A stretch of DNA of 64,000 bases from Vicugna vicugna. Its lineage: Eukaryota. Positions 24,820-38,677 of the stretch are shown one piece after another. Position 1 is the stretch's first letter; every line of letters starts with the position of its first letter. The position numbers and the translations under genes are program-made. The stretch lies in contig MU058781.1 of the NCBI GenBank assembly GCA_013265495.1, positions 9,219,009 through 9,283,008 on the forward strand. The letters are read 5' to 3'. Under the pieces are notes generated by a model. That model was given only the letters and a program-made list of their open reading frames with translations. It did no database searches and was not told the DNA's origin.

Positions 24820-25058
24820 ATTAAAGACTTCATTTTTCAGAGGAGTTGTAGGTTCACAGCAAAATTGAGAGGGAAGTAGAGATTTTTCCATATAATCCGT
24901 GCCCCCACACACGCATGGCCTTGCCTATTATCAGCACCCCCCACCAGAGAGGGTCACTCGTTCCAGCTGAGGAACCTACACTGATGCGTCGGCATCACGC
25001 AAGGTACATAGTTTACTTTAGGGGTCACTCTTGGTGGTGTATACTTTATGGGTTTGGG
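24820..25058 (-). mobile_element. L1MC1/2-type 3' end
   Basis: ttgtaggttcacagcaaaattgagaggg...gaacctacactgatgcgtc is the reverse L1MC terminus. Confidence 0.8.
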
Positions 25059-25149
25059 CTATCCAGTTTTTTGATAAATAAAAACTTGTTGATTTTGCTT
25101 TTAAGATGTATTAGGTTTGGCTTTAGACTCATTGTTTTAAAAATGCCCC

Positions 25150-26385
25150 ATTAAAATTTAAATTTCAAAGTAAAATAAATTTAGCTACAGTACAAAGAAC
25201 ATTTCTGAACATTTGAGGGTCAGTGGTGCCCTGATGCCCCATCACTCTGAATACTTCAGTGTGATTTTTCCATAGTATTACAGACCTTCTACATGAGCAC
25301 AGTACCACCATCAACGTGGTGGGAAAGTCAGGAAATTTACACTGATACACGGCTGCCCGCTAATCCTCAGGGCCTACTCACCATCCTTCGGTTCTCATCA
25401 GTGTCTCAACTTTACAGCTTAAGGATCCGATCTAGACTCGCACATTGCCTTTAGTGATCACCCATCTTCACTCTCCTCCTGTTGGAAACAGTTCCTCTGT
25501 CTTTTTGGGGGGGGGGGTCATGAGCTTGCCACGCTTCTGAAGTGTATAGGACAGTTACTTAGTAGAATATTTCTCCGTGAGGATTTACTGGCTCCTCTCT
25601 GATGACTAGATTCAGGTTACACATCTGGGGCAGCGGTAACACAGAGGTGGCGCGCTGTTCTCTTCGCATCCTGCCAAGTGGTGCACTATTTCAACTTGGC
25701 CCCTTACAGGCAGCGTTCAGTCTGACTGTGCCTAAGCTAACGTTTGCCTAGCTTCTCGACTGCAGTTATTACTAATTTTTTTCCCTTTCTAATGAATAAG
25801 TGATCTGTGGGGTGCTAGTTTGTAACTATATAAATATACCATTCCTCATTCAATTTTTACTGATTAATACTTAAGGATTCATAGTTCCCTATTTTATTTG
25901 ATCTCCTAAATCTCTTTATATAATTATTTACCTTAATGCTCAGAGTATCCCACATTTGGCCAGTACAAGTCCATTCAAGCAGCCTTCTGTGCTTTTTTTT
26001 ACCTGACACCATCATTTTTGAGTGCTCCTTTAGTTTCTGGCATAAAGATGTGTTTCAGGCTCCTGTTGTACTTTGCCTGCCCCAACGCTGGAATTAACCA
26101 TTTCTTCAAGGAGCTGTGGTTCTATTTAGTAGAGACGCCAAGATCTGGACCCTGACTGTGTTCATTCCCCAGACACTCTAAGGGGACAGAGCTAGGAAAT
26201 ATATTTATTTGCACATACACGTTTTCATGTACATTTACCTCTGTATTTCTAGATCTATCTCTATATTGAAACCCTGAGTTTGTGCTAATGTCTCCACTTC
26301 CAATCCAACTGCACCACTTCATTCTAGTTTTCTCCCAGTATGTCTTTGTCATTTGTACCCCCCTTCTCTCGTAGCGAGAGATATC
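25150..26385 (-). mobile_element. L1MC4-like 3'UTR relic
   Basis: Long degraded reverse L1MC4-like sequence (ctgaacatttgagggtcag...tgatgactagattcaggtt...aaccatttcttcaaggagc). Confidence 0.7.
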
Positions 26386-26386
26386 A

Positions 26387-26908
26387 TAATGTAGACTGAA
26401 TTGTATCCCCATTCCCCTCAAATTCACATGCTGAAGTTCTAACCCTCAATGTGATGATATCTGAAAACGTGGCCTTTGGGAGGTAGTTAGGTTTAAATAA
26501 GGTCTTGAGAGTGGATCCTTGTTGATGGATTTGGTGCTTTTATAAGAGGAAGTGGGGAGGACATAGCTCAGTGTTAGAGTGTGTGCTTAGGATGCATGAG
26601 GTTCTGGGTTCAATGCCCAGCATCTCCGTTAGAAAAATAAAAAATAAACCTAATTACCCCCCCCAAAAAGAAACAAAAAAATTTTTTAAAGCCCAATAGA
26701 AGAGAAAGAGACACCGGAGCCCTCTGCCATGTGAGAAAGGACACAGAAGCCATCCATGAGAGAGCCAGGAAGAGACCCCCGCAAGGGGACCACTCTAGCA
26801 CCCTGATCTCAGATGTTCAGCCTCCAGAAATATACGAAAATGAAGTTCTGTTGTGTAAGCCACTCAGTCTGTGGTATTTTGTTACGGCAGCCCAAGCAGA
26901 CTCATTCT
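26387..26908 (+). mobile_element. MaLR LTR (MLT1A-type) interrupted by a SINE
   Basis: tgtagactgaattgtatcccc...aaattcacatgctgaagttctaacc ... aagccactcagtctgtggtattttgttacggcagccc. Confidence 0.88.
26554..26690 (+). mobile_element. Camelid tRNA-Ala-derived SINE (Vic-1 type)
   Basis: ggggaggacatagctcagtgttagagtg (A box) ... gggttcaatgccc (B box), then aaacctaattacccccc and an A-rich tail. Confidence 0.92.
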
Positions 26909-27762
26909 TGGTGTCCACTACTCTTGGTATACTTGTTTGATCAATCTTCTTCATTTGGGATCCGATCCTCCATTGTTGGCTACCGCTTCCTCTATGGGGA
27001 CACCTTCCTCACCCTACTTGGGCTCTGATTTTCCATTCTAGCCGCCCTGCCCCCCTCCCTCCCCACACCGTGAACTTCTACTTTCCTCTGCTTCATCTGC
27101 TGGCTTTGGGACTGAACTATTCAGGAAGAGAAGGAAATGGATTTTGTTTAGTTCTCTAAAGATATCACCGGATTATTTGGAGAGATTTGCTTTTATCAAG
27201 CAAAAGCCTGAAAAGTTCATTATAATCATAAATTTGAAGCTAGAAGGAAACAAAGATAATCCAACTCAGCCATCTTATTTCATTTAGTAACTAATTTATA
27301 GGGACAGTTTTTCTTCTTCTGACTAATGAGTAATTGAGTCATTTAAAAAAAGCTTTTGCATTAATGGAACTGAGATTATTTAAAAAGCTTCTGGCATCAG
27401 AACCACTGCTTCATAGAACCTCCTTTTTATTTACAGAAGCTCCATGGTTACTGGGAATGATGGAAGAACTAATGGTATGTAACATTTTTAATGTAACCCA
27501 TGGCTATTCATGTTATTTTTTCATCTCATTCAGTGTGTATCGCCTACTCTTTGCATTTCAAGGAAAGGGACCTGAGAAGCAGATGAACAATTGAGACTTT
27601 GCAGCAAAGTCTAGGCAACACAGTGACCACACTTAAGTATTTTACTGGGGAATTGTGTAGGGCTCGGTCTACAGGAGAGACTACAGACAAGTATGTGCCT
27701 TTAAAGATGGAGCAGATTTAGGGACGGGAGCAGAGAAGGAGGTAAACCAAGAATAAATAGAG

Positions 27763-29190
27763 TCCCACACACCTATGGTCAATTAATCTTCGACAAAGGA
27801 GGCAAGAGTTTACAATGGAGAAAAGACAGTCTCTTTGGCAAGTGGTGCTAAGAAAGCTGGACAGCAGCATGTAAGTCAATGAAGCTAGAACACTCCCTCA
27901 CATCATACACAAAAATAAACTCAAAATGGCTTAAAGACTTACATATAAGACAGGGCACCATAAATCTACTAGGAGAAAACATAAGCAAAACATTCTCAGA
28001 CATAAATCATAGCAACATTTTCCCAGGTCAGTCTCTCAAGGCAATAGAAATAAAAGCAAAAATAAACAAATAGGACCTAATTAAACTTATAAGCTTTTGC
28101 ACAGCAAAGGAAGCCATAAACAAAATGAAAAGACAACCTACAGACTGGGAGAAAATATTTGCAAATGGTGCCACTGACAAGGGCTTAGCTTCAGAATATA
28201 CAAACAGCTCATAGAACTCAATAAAAAATGAACCACCCAACCAAAAAATGGGCCGAAGACCTAAACAGACATTACTCTAATAAAGATATACGGATGGCCA
28301 ATAGGTAAATGAAAAGATGTTCAACATTGCTAATTATCAGAGAAATGCAGATCAAAACTACAATGAGGTATCACCTCACACCCGTCAGAATGGCCATCAT
28401 TAAAAAAATTCACCAACGATAAATGCTGGAGAGAGTGTGGAGAAAAGGGAACCTTCTTACACTGCTGGTGGGAATGTAGTTTGGTGCAGCCACTATGGAA
28501 AACAGTGTGGAGATTCCCCAAAAAACTAAAAATAGACACATCCTATGATTTAGCAATCCCACTCCTGGGTGTATTTCCAGAGGGAACTCTAATTTGAAAA
28601 GATACATGCACCCCAATGTTCACAGAAGCACTATTTGCAATAGCTAAGACATAGAAGCAACCTAAATATCCACTGACAGATGAATGGATAAAGAAGATGT
28701 GGTATACACATACACACACAGATATATATACACACACACACAATGGAATAGACTCAGCCACAACAAAGAATGAAATAATGTCATTTGCAGCAACATGGAT
28801 GGACCTAGAAATTATCATACTAAGTGAAGTAAGTCAGAGAAAGACAAATACCATATGGTATCATTTAAATGTGGAATCTAAAAAAAAAATGATGCAAATG
28901 AATTTATTTACAAAACAGAGACTCACAGACATATAAAACAAACTTACGGTTACCAAAGGGGAAAGGCCAGGGGAGGGACAAATTAGGAGTTTGGGATTAG
29001 CAGATACAAACTACTATACACAAAGCAGATAGACAGCAAGGTCCTACTGTATAGCATAGGGAACTATATTCAGTATCTTATAACAACCCATAATGAAAAA
29101 GCATGTATGTTTATATAACTGAATCACTATGCTGTATATCAGAAACTAACATAACACTGTAAATCAACTATTCTTCAATTTAAAAACATA
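27763..29190 (+). mobile_element. 5'-truncated LINE-1
   Basis: ORF2 remnants (YTKINSKWLKDL; SFAATWMDLEIIILSEVSQ). TSD aagaataaRtRgag at 27749-27762 and 29191-29204. Confidence 0.97.
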
Positions 29191-29349
29191 AAGAATAAGT
29201 GGAGAAAAATAATAAAGGAAGCAATGCCTTCATGAACCTGTTTTGATTGGGGAAGGGAGGAATTTATAAAAGTGCAGTGGAAAAACAGGGCCTGCCTTGA
29301 GAATTTGAATTGATCTGACTCTTTGGCCACATGAAGTCTTTTAGATAAT

Positions 29350-29838
29350 GCATTTCAGATAGTACTGAGGTCAACTGCAAGTAACAGAAAACCCAACAAT
29401 AGTGGCTTAAAGGAACAGGGGTGGATTTTTCTTATTAGAAGTTTAGAGGTTAGTGGTTGCTGGTTCAATAGCTCAAAAATGTAAGACCAGTGTCTCTGTG
29501 ACTTTCTTGCCCTTTCCCTCATGGTTCCAGGATAGCTACTGTAGCTCCAGGCATCACATCTGCATTTAAGACAGGAAGGGAGGAAAAGGGCTATTGCAAG
29601 ACATGCTTGTGATAGTCTACCAGGAAGACAAAAACTTATCCATAGTCTTTCTTCATCACTACCCCCAACAGATATTTATCCACTGAACATTAGCCTGAGT
29701 TTATACTCACATCATTAATTCTGTCTACAAAGGAAGCTGGGGTAGTGACTGGTTAACTCCTCCAGATTCTATAGTGAAGATGGAATGGGAAAAAGTGATT
29801 AGGAGTGGATGTTAGGTCTATCAGTCTGTCTTCCACAA
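29350..29838 (-). mobile_element. MaLR LTR (MLT1J/K-like)
   Basis: ctgcaagtaacagaaaacccaacaatagtggcttaaa...atagctactgtagctccaggcatcacatctgcatt. Confidence 0.75.
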
Positions 29839-32589
29839 GAAGCCTGATCAGTTATTTTCCATCTATCATGTAGATGACAGAAGTTGTTTCAATTGGATGT
29901 AGATAAAAGTTTCTAACCCTCCAGTCTGACTACTGAGGAAGACAGTGATGCCTCTCTCCTTCGAGATCTTGAAGTTAAGAAATATTCATTATTATGTGTC
30001 TTAGAAGATTTAGACATTCTGTTACCTGAAGCCTGGATCAGGTGATTTCATTAGGTCTATGATTATTTGATTCACTCTTTCAAAGCTTTACATTCCCTGC
30101 CTCTCAAGGCACCATGAAATACCAGAAAATACAAGAACACCTCTTTCCCTCTCCATCTAGTTCATTGGAAAACTTCTAACAGCACTTTGCTTTTTGAGGT
30201 TCTAAGAGTAATGCCATGCCTCTTGTTCAAAACTAGTTTCAGGTATGTCAAGGAAAAAAAAAAAGAACTGGATAAATGAGGTCTAAGTAAAAGACCAGGA
30301 AATCAAGATTTGTTTAGTTTACTGAGATGCATTTGGATAAAGCTAAAAAGCGATCTGAGCTCCAGTGAGGGAGATGTGAAGCCATGACTTGAATATAATG
30401 TGGGCACTTGATGGTGGAGTCACCAAACTTCCCTAGACATAGCATTATACAAGATTATGTGTTACACTTACTTTTTAAGTAAACACATTTGTAAATCACT
30501 TGGCAAACGGGTCGAGAGCTCATGGTTTATTTCTACTTCATGCTGCACTGTGGTCTTGGCTACACCAGGTTCCGTAATGGCAACAGCTAACCTTTGTTTC
30601 CAGACAACCCTCATACCCCGGAGCAGAAAAGACGATGCCCTATTGTGAACTTACACAAGATTTGCAAATGTGGTGCAATTTGGGTGTACCAATGGCCTGA
30701 ACTTCACAAACCCACCGAAAATTCCAGCTAGCCTGTGCTTGTCAGCCGGAAAGCATGAGGAAGACCAGGGTAAAGCCCCTTCTCTTAACCGATTGAAAAG
30801 ACACTTTCTTCCCCTCCAGTCTTTTAAGTGTCCAGAACGAGAGTTGGGATTGATTTCACAATAACCAGACAAATCATCTCTTTCGACACATAATTATTTT
30901 TGTTACATTGCTAGATCAGTTTAGGGGAAACTTCTAGTGCTTCTGTAGAGCTTTGATAGCTAAAAACCCTTGTTTTCACCACGTGCCAGGCTCTACAGGA
31001 GGGGCACCAAACGTTATCTCAGATTCATTTCATCCATTCAACAGATTTAGCCCAGCATCTACTAATGAGCTGGTGTTCTAAGTGGCGGGAGGGACATGCT
31101 ATCACAAACCCGTACAACATTACAAAGTAGTTATTACATACATTGTAAAAATAAGAAACTAAGGCCCAGAGAGAGTAAGTAACTTCTTGAGGTCACACAG
31201 CCAGTCCACAGCAAAGCTGCTTGAAAGGGATGTCCGTTTCAGTCCCTATTTCATGCTTTTTACCCAGTATCTTACTGCCTTCCTGCCATCAACTGGCCTT
31301 ATCGTAACGGACCATCATTGGAAATGCATGAAATCTTTTTTGAGACTACAATTCCTGAACGTTCACAGTTCCTCTACTGAAACAGCCAACACTCGTAGTA
31401 TGAGAACGCAAATGGGCTCTGCCTTTGTTGAACTTGGTCTAAGAGTTCACTCAGTCCTTTCCTCCCCAAACTGCTCATCTTCAGAATTTGATTTCAGAAG
31501 CCTTTAAGCTGTAAGGAGTGCTGTCCATGCTCCTGTGAATTGTCCTGGCAGGCTAGCCTCTGACTGGGCAGCAGCTGGGGCCTGGCTGGAATTGTCTCAG
31601 AGGGGTGAGGAGAGAACCCCGAGTCTGCCCAGGAGCTGAGCCTCCAATCTGCTCACTCACCATCTGGATGGCTTTCAGTTGTCTAAATTCTGTAGGCTCC
31701 AAGTTCGAGGTCAAATTGAGAGAACGTAGCTGAGAGTGGTTTGAAGACTGGAAAGTAGTATCTAAAGAACAGCCATTATCCTAACTCACAAAGCAGAAGG
31801 GACTGGAAATTCAAGGCAGCACGGAAGAACACTTCCGCTTAACTCTGCAACCTTTCTAATAATGCATCATTTAATGATAAGCCTCTAAAGAGGGATAATG
31901 AAATTAAACACTGTCAGTCACAGCACCTTTCTTACTGATACCTGGGGCATGAAACTCTGAAAAGCATTCATTCTTCTTGAGCATCAACACCAACTGTGGT
32001 CAAGAGTGGCTCCTTTTGACCCAGCAATTTTCTAAATACCAAGAAAGGTATGTAGTGGGCTATCAATCAGTTTCTGAATGGCAAGATCAGAGTGGATCAG
32101 AGGAAAGTGTAGGCCAGGTGGCTGGTTTCCATTTGGCTGATGGACCCCAAATCACCTCTATGTGTCAGTGGGCAAGAATCACAGAGGAAGGTTTTTAAGT
32201 GTCCTGAGGTCTCAAAGAGGCAGGCAGAGAGGAAAGAGAACCAGAATAATTTGTGTTGGCCTCAAACCCTCTGGAAAATGAATGGTAAGAACTTTGACCC
32301 ACTTCTTAAACCTAGAGGTGGGCACATCCTCAAGGCTCATCCCCTCACCTTCCCAAAGCCCCGCCACAAAAGCCCCGTCTACTGTGTTCCTTTCCGTCAT
32401 CAGCTCCAGTTTTCCAACCAGCTTGCTTGTCCAGGTTTTACGCTGCTGTTTCTCGCTTTCTTGTAACTCCTACTTGGAGAGATCAGCCCTTAGTCTAAAG
32501 TACACGCGGTGTCTTATACAGACTGCTTTAGAAGGATGGAGCCATCTAACACACACACACACACAAAAAAAAGCAGCCCCAGGAAGGGA

Positions 32590-32760
32590 GGAAGTGGGCC
32601 TCAGTTCTTGCATGCTACAGCCTCTTGGGTAAGGGCTTTAACTTGCCTGAGACTCAGTTTCCACATCTGTAAAGGTGGGAATTATCCTTGCTTGTTTGTT
32701 CCATAGAAATCAAATGAGATGTTTGTGGAAATGCTTGAAAACATTCTACAAACATAAATG
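32590..32760 (+). mobile_element. MIR SINE
   Basis: ctcagtttccacatctgtaaagg core. Confidence 0.75.
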
Positions 32761-32794
32761 GTCCCATTCTTCCCCCAGTGATGTTACTTTGACA

Positions 32795-32940
32795 AATGCA
32801 GTCATTCAGCAAATGATTATTGGGGATCTCTGATGGACCACACTGGGCTGGGCCCCAGAAATACAACAGAAAATCTGGCATGTTCCCTGACCTCAGGGAG
32901 CTTACCCAGGGTTGGGGTACAGCAGGGTAAATGAGTAATT
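32795..32940 (-). mobile_element. L2 3' end (host of the tandem L1 insertion; appears to resume ~35105-35400)
   Basis: tcattcagcaaatgattattggg...tgttccctgacctcagggagcttac. Confidence 0.7.
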
Positions 32941-32955
32941 AAAATATACTCTGCT

Positions 32956-33157
32956 AAATGTTAGCTACTATATATAAAAATAAAGAAAACAAGTTTTTTC
33001 TGTATCGCACAGGGAACTATATTTAGTACCTAGTAATAACCTTTAATGAAAAAGTAATATGAACACAAGTATGTATGTATATGCACAACTGGGACATTGT
33101 GTTGTATACCAGAAATTGACACATTGTAACTGACTGTACTTCAACAAATAAGTAAAT
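32956..33157 (+). mobile_element. Short (~200 bp) L1 3'UTR insertion
   Basis: L1 3'UTR ending ...aactgactgtacttcaacaaataagtaaat. TSD aaaataYactctgct at 32941-32955 and 33158-33172, at a tt|aaaa endonuclease site. Confidence 0.93.
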
Positions 33158-33172
33158 AAAATACACTCTGCT

Positions 33173-35085
33173 GCATTTCTTTACACTAACAATGAAATAT
33201 CAAAAAAGGAAAGTAGAGAAATAATCCTTTTTAAAATTCCATCCAAAAAAAAAAATACTTGGGAATAAATCTGACCAAGGAGGTGAAAAACTTATACATG
33301 GAGAACTACAAAACACTAAGGAAATTAAAGATGACTTAAAGAAATGGAAAGATATTCCATGCTCTTGGATTGGAAGAATTCATATTGTTAAAATGGCCAT
33401 ACTACCCAAAGCAATCTACAGATTTAATGTGATCCCTATCAAATTACCTAGGATGTTTTCCACAGAACTAGAATAAATAATCCTAAAATTTACATGGAAT
33501 CACAAAAGACCCAGAATTGCCAAAGCAATATTGAAGAAAAGGAATGAAGCTGGAGGAATAACCCTCCCAGGCTTGAGACAATACTACAGAGCTACAGTAA
33601 TCAACACAGTGTGGAACTGGCATGAAAACAGACACAGATCAATGGAACATAATGGAGAGCCCAGAAATAAACCCACAGACCTATGGTCAATTAATCTTCG
33701 ACAAAGGAGGCAAGAATATATAGTGGAGAAAAGACAGTCTCTTCAGCAAATGGTGTTGGGATAACTAAAGAGCTAGCTGCATGTAAATCAATGCAGTTAG
33801 AATATTTCCTCACACCATACGCAAAAATAAACTCAGAATGTCTTAAAGACTTAAACATAAAAGACACTATAAACCTCTTAGAAGAAAACATAGACAAAAT
33901 ATTATCTGACATAAATCTTAGCAATGTTCTCCTAGGGCAGTCTATCCAAGCAATACAAATAAAAGCAAACATTAACTAATGGGACCTAATTAAACTTACA
34001 AGCCTTTGCACAGCAAAGTAAATCATAAACAAAACAGGAAGACAACCTATGGAATGGGAGAAAATATTTGCAAAAGATGAGACTGACAAGGGCTTAATTT
34101 CCAGACTATAAACAGTTCATATAACTTAATAAAAAACAAGCAGCCCAATCCAAAAATGGGCAGAAGACCTACACAGGCAATTGTCCAATGAAGACACACA
34201 AATGGCCAACAGGCACATGAAAAAATGCTCAATATCACTAATTATCAGAGAAATGCAAATCAAAACAACCATGAGGTACCACCCCACACCAGTCATAATG
34301 GCCGTCATTCGAAAGTCCACAAATGATAAATCCTAATTAGAGTGTGGAGAAAAGGGAACCACACTGCTGGTGGGAATGTCATTTGGTGAAGCCATTATGG
34401 AAAACAGTATGGAGATTCCTCAAAAGACTAAAAACAGACTTACCATATGATCCAACAATTCCACTCTTGGGCATATATCTGGAGAAAACTCTAATGGAAA
34501 AGATACATGCACCCCAGTGTTCACAGCAGCACTATTTACAATAGCCAAGACATGGAAGCAATCTAAATGTCCACTGACAGATGACTGGATAAAGAAGTTG
34601 TGATATATTTATACAATGGAATACTACTCAACCATAAAAAATAATAAAATAATGCCACTTGCAGCCACATGGATGGACCTGGAGATGGTCATTCTAAGTG
34701 AAGTAAGCCAGAAAGAGAAAGAAAAATACTATATGATATCATTTATATGTGGCATCTTAAAGAAAGACAAATGAAATTATTTACAAAACAGACTCAGAGG
34801 CATAGAAAACAAACGATTACTAGCGGGGAAGGGAGTGGGAAGAGTTAAAACTGGGAGTTTGAGATTTGCAGACACTAACAAATATATCTAAAAGAGAGAG
34901 ACAGGTTCATACTGTATAGCACAGGGAACTATATTCAGTATCTTGCAGAAACCTATGGTGAAAAAGAATATGGAAGTGATTATGTGTCTGTTCATGTATG
35001 ACTGAAGCATTATACCATACACCAGAAACTGACACACTGTAAACTGACTATATACTTCAGTAAGAAATATATATACAAAAAAAAA
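33173..35085 (+). mobile_element. 5'-truncated LINE-1 (~1.9 kb; RT C-terminal part to 3'UTR), ORF2 disrupted
   Basis: [39 protein letters not shown] and HCWWEC motifs; ends in an A-rich tail. Confidence 0.97.
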
Positions 35086-35404
35086 TATATATATACCCTT
35101 CTACATCTCCTAAGTGAACATCAGAGGGGCGCCCAGCTCAGACCAAAGGGTTCTGCAAGGATAGAGATAATGCAGGAGCGAAATCTTGAAGGATGATAGG
35201 AGAACTCGCTAGGAAAAGAAAGGGGTTAAGGTCATTCCGGGGGCAAAGCAGCATGCACAAAGGCAAAAAAAGATGAGAGAGTGGAAAGCTGGAGGATAAC
35301 AAGTATTTCAGTATAGCTGGGGCCTGAGGAGAGGGGAGCACGGAGAGATGACACTGGGGATTCAGGAGGGCGCGCGGCTCCGAGGGCACGCTGCGTGCTC
35401 TGAT

Positions 35405-35565
35405 GACGGTATTTACATCGTGCTCACCTGGTGCCAGAACATCACATGTATTACCACTTTCAACTCTCCCAACAACCCCATGAAGTCAGTCCTGTTGTGA
35501 CCCATTGCTTATTGAAGAGGAAACTGAAGCTCAGAAGTTAATTTGCTGGCAAGTTTGCCCAAAAG
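35405..35565 (-). mobile_element. MIR SINE
   Basis: caacaaccccatgaag...gaggaaactgaagctcagaagttaa. Confidence 0.75.
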
Positions 35566-37494
35566 TTGGGTTTTTCCCTGGCTGTTGAGAGGTCACTAAG
35601 ATTTTAAGCAGGCTTTGAGGAGCCAGTTCAGATTTCATTCTATTTATTCTAGTGCCTATCTGTTTCCAGGCTTTTAGATAATTTCTTGACAGTCTGCCTA
35701 ACTGGCAGCGTCTGTCACTTTCTCATGTGGGAATGTATGCTGTCTCCTTAAATACTTCGTGATTAACTATCGCTTGGGCTTATCAATAAAGTAATCCAGT
35801 AATTGAAGTCTTCTGAGATGGGGTAGATTGTAAATGGAAATGTATACTTAATGACCAATTTAGCTTGGCTAATTTTGCTTTTCCTCCTTTCCTTAACAAT
35901 CCTTTGTGAGGGATAAACAGAAGAATCAGTGGACTTGACAAATACAGAAACTTCTAAAAAGACAAAGTATATACATAAAACCTTAAACTGGACTGCTTTT
36001 TTCAAGTAATCTCATTTCTAGGAATTTATCGTAAGATCATCGGGGATACTAAGGTATACGTGCAGAAGAGTTAAGTCCACCTGATACTTGGGTACCATGT
36101 CATCTTTTGAAACAAAATTAAATCTGATTTATCACCACCAGCCAGGGTTCGTGGGATGCTCAGCCATTTTTCTGAGTCTGAGTTTCCTCTCTCATACTTT
36201 GGGATTGCGGAGAATCCTTGGGTTTAAGCAGCACAGGAATTTGGGAAAGGTAGTTCCTAGCAGTTTTACTCTCCAGGCTTGCATGCACATTGTCAAGGCC
36301 AGTGGCCGTTCTCACAACATCACAACCCTCTAGACCCAGCTCAGCCACAGGAATGCAGAGCAGTCTCCAGGCATCCCACAGTCCCCCATTCAAAGTTCCG
36401 CCACCACCATCTCCTGAGGATTGCTTCCCCCCTGAGGAACCCCCCGCCCCATTCCCAGCCTCGAAATAGTCTACCCTTCTGCTTCTGGTCTGGCCCTTTT
36501 CCCTCCTGACTCTAGAAATTCAAAGCCTCCAACACTTTCTTATGTAGGACTCTCAATTGACTCACCTCCCTGAACACACACTTGTGAAAACACAAGGGCC
36601 CACTGACTTGCTCCTGGGACCAAGGAAAGTTCAGGTAGCCACAGCTCGAAGCCCTGCTGGGAAGAGGAGGAAAGACCTGGGCTGTTTTATAACGAACCTA
36701 CAGCCTGGAAACAACTCAGTTGGTTCTGAATGTATTCTGCCACATTAAAGTTATAACGTCTCCAATTACATCTGTAATAGTGGAAATCTGGAAAAATCTA
36801 AATGTCCCACTGGAAGGATTAATGGCTCTTTTTTTTTTTGATGTACTCATTAAAAAAAAGTAGGTTACAAAGTAGGATATGCAATTTAAGTCCAATCATT
36901 ATAATTTATTTAGACACACACACAAAATTGTACCATATAGATAATCAGTGCTTGTCTCAGTGAGCAGTGGGATTAATGCTGAGGCTTATTTTATTTTTAT
37001 GCTTCTGTGCATTTTCCCAATTTCTTTCATATATTTATTTTTGTAATGAGACAAACTGCACAAGACAATGATGGAGTAGGGGTGGGGGGGCATTGGCCCT
37101 TTTTCTGGAGTAGTTAACTCACTCAAGTGAAGTAGTGACCTAACTGGGCAGACTTATTGGCTGGAGGTAAGAAGTTAACTCAAAAAGGGAGTAACAATGT
37201 GAAAAGCAATATATAAAATACAGAAGGGGTAGGACAAAAACTTAAAAATATATCAGGATAACTGTACTGCAGTATTTTTTACGGTTCTTTTTGTTTCTCT
37301 TTTAGACGTCTAATAAGTGACACAAATACGTATTTTATTTTGGCCATAGTCAGCTCTTGGGCAATATGCCACTCTCAGAAATAGGTCTGATATTTGAGTG
37401 TGGTGGATGGTGGATCTTTTATTAATTCACTGTGTGACTGCGAACAAGTCAATAACCTCTCAGGATTTTAATTTTTTCATCTTTCATTTTTACT

Positions 37495-37725
37495 GCGTAA
37501 TTTAACAAATGCTGTACTGCACCTACTCTGTGCCAGCACCCTCCTGGTGTTTTGCAAATATTACCTTAGTTAATCCCCATTCCTACCCTATGAGGAGGAT
37601 ACAATTACCCCTCCTGTAGGTATGAGAAGGGGTAAAAAGCTCCAAGTTCACACACATGTTTGCAGTAAAGCAACAAAAACCAGGATTCAGATCCCAGCTG
37701 ACTGGCTCCAGACTCTGCGACATTA
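37495..37725 (-). mobile_element. MIR SINE
   Basis: gcacctactctgtgccagcac...caggattcagatcccagctgactggctccagact. Confidence 0.75.
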
Positions 37726-38677
37726 GCCCCCTTGTTTTATGCTGGACTAAGTGACATTAACACGGGGGTCATTTCGTGTGTAAAACACCCACACAGCCCC
37801 AGGCATACTCCCGCTCCGTATTTCCTGAATCCCTTTTTGTCCCCTGAATTTTCTTCTGGAAATCCAGTTGAAAAAAATAGATTCTCCAGGATTTATTTTA
37901 TGAAACAGCGACTCTCCGACTACTGGCTATTCATTTCTGAACTTCTCTGCCTTAAACGCGCCTCCTTCAGTGCTGAGTATTGAACTGAGTACAGTGAAAG
38001 AGGCCACGTCTTCAAGTCGCTCAATGAAATGGCGCAGTTGGGGCCACAGCTGTGCGGGTCCCACCTGTTACCCATCCAGTTCAGAGAGCTGCTGGCTTTC
38101 TGGTTCGGTCAAGTACAAAAACAGTTTACCTCTTTACTACACCCGTAGAGAGTCGTTTTCACCGCTTTCGCATACAGAAGGTTCTACATGTAAGCACAAA
38201 ATGGACCTTTCATATTTTCAGAATTTACTAACTTTAGAAAACTTTTTGAATGAAAAACCTCAACCAGAGAACAAACTTTCCAGATCTTGGTGAATCAACA
38301 AGCTTCTTCCCTTTGTCCTAACAGTAAAGATTTACTTGTCCACCAATACAGCAGTAGCCAACCAGTCAAGTTTTGGGGGGAATTGGGGCCTTCCAAAGCC
38401 AGCTCAGGTTCAGGCCGTATACGAACGGAGGCCTCCCTACCACCTCTCAATACTTACAAATCAACTACAAATCAAGCCAACAGGCTGGTAAATGAAATAA
38501 AGCCGACTCTCTTACCTTGACACATAGGCCCTCCTAAGACCAGAATGGAACTACGTTGTCCCCCCTGCTCCGGGGTCCTGGACCAGGATGTGGCGGCGGG
38601 ACCAGCGGGAGCCTCTGGGCTGACCACCCCTGCCCACTCCCAGCTCTTTCTGGCGTCAGGAAGGCCTTCCCCACCCG

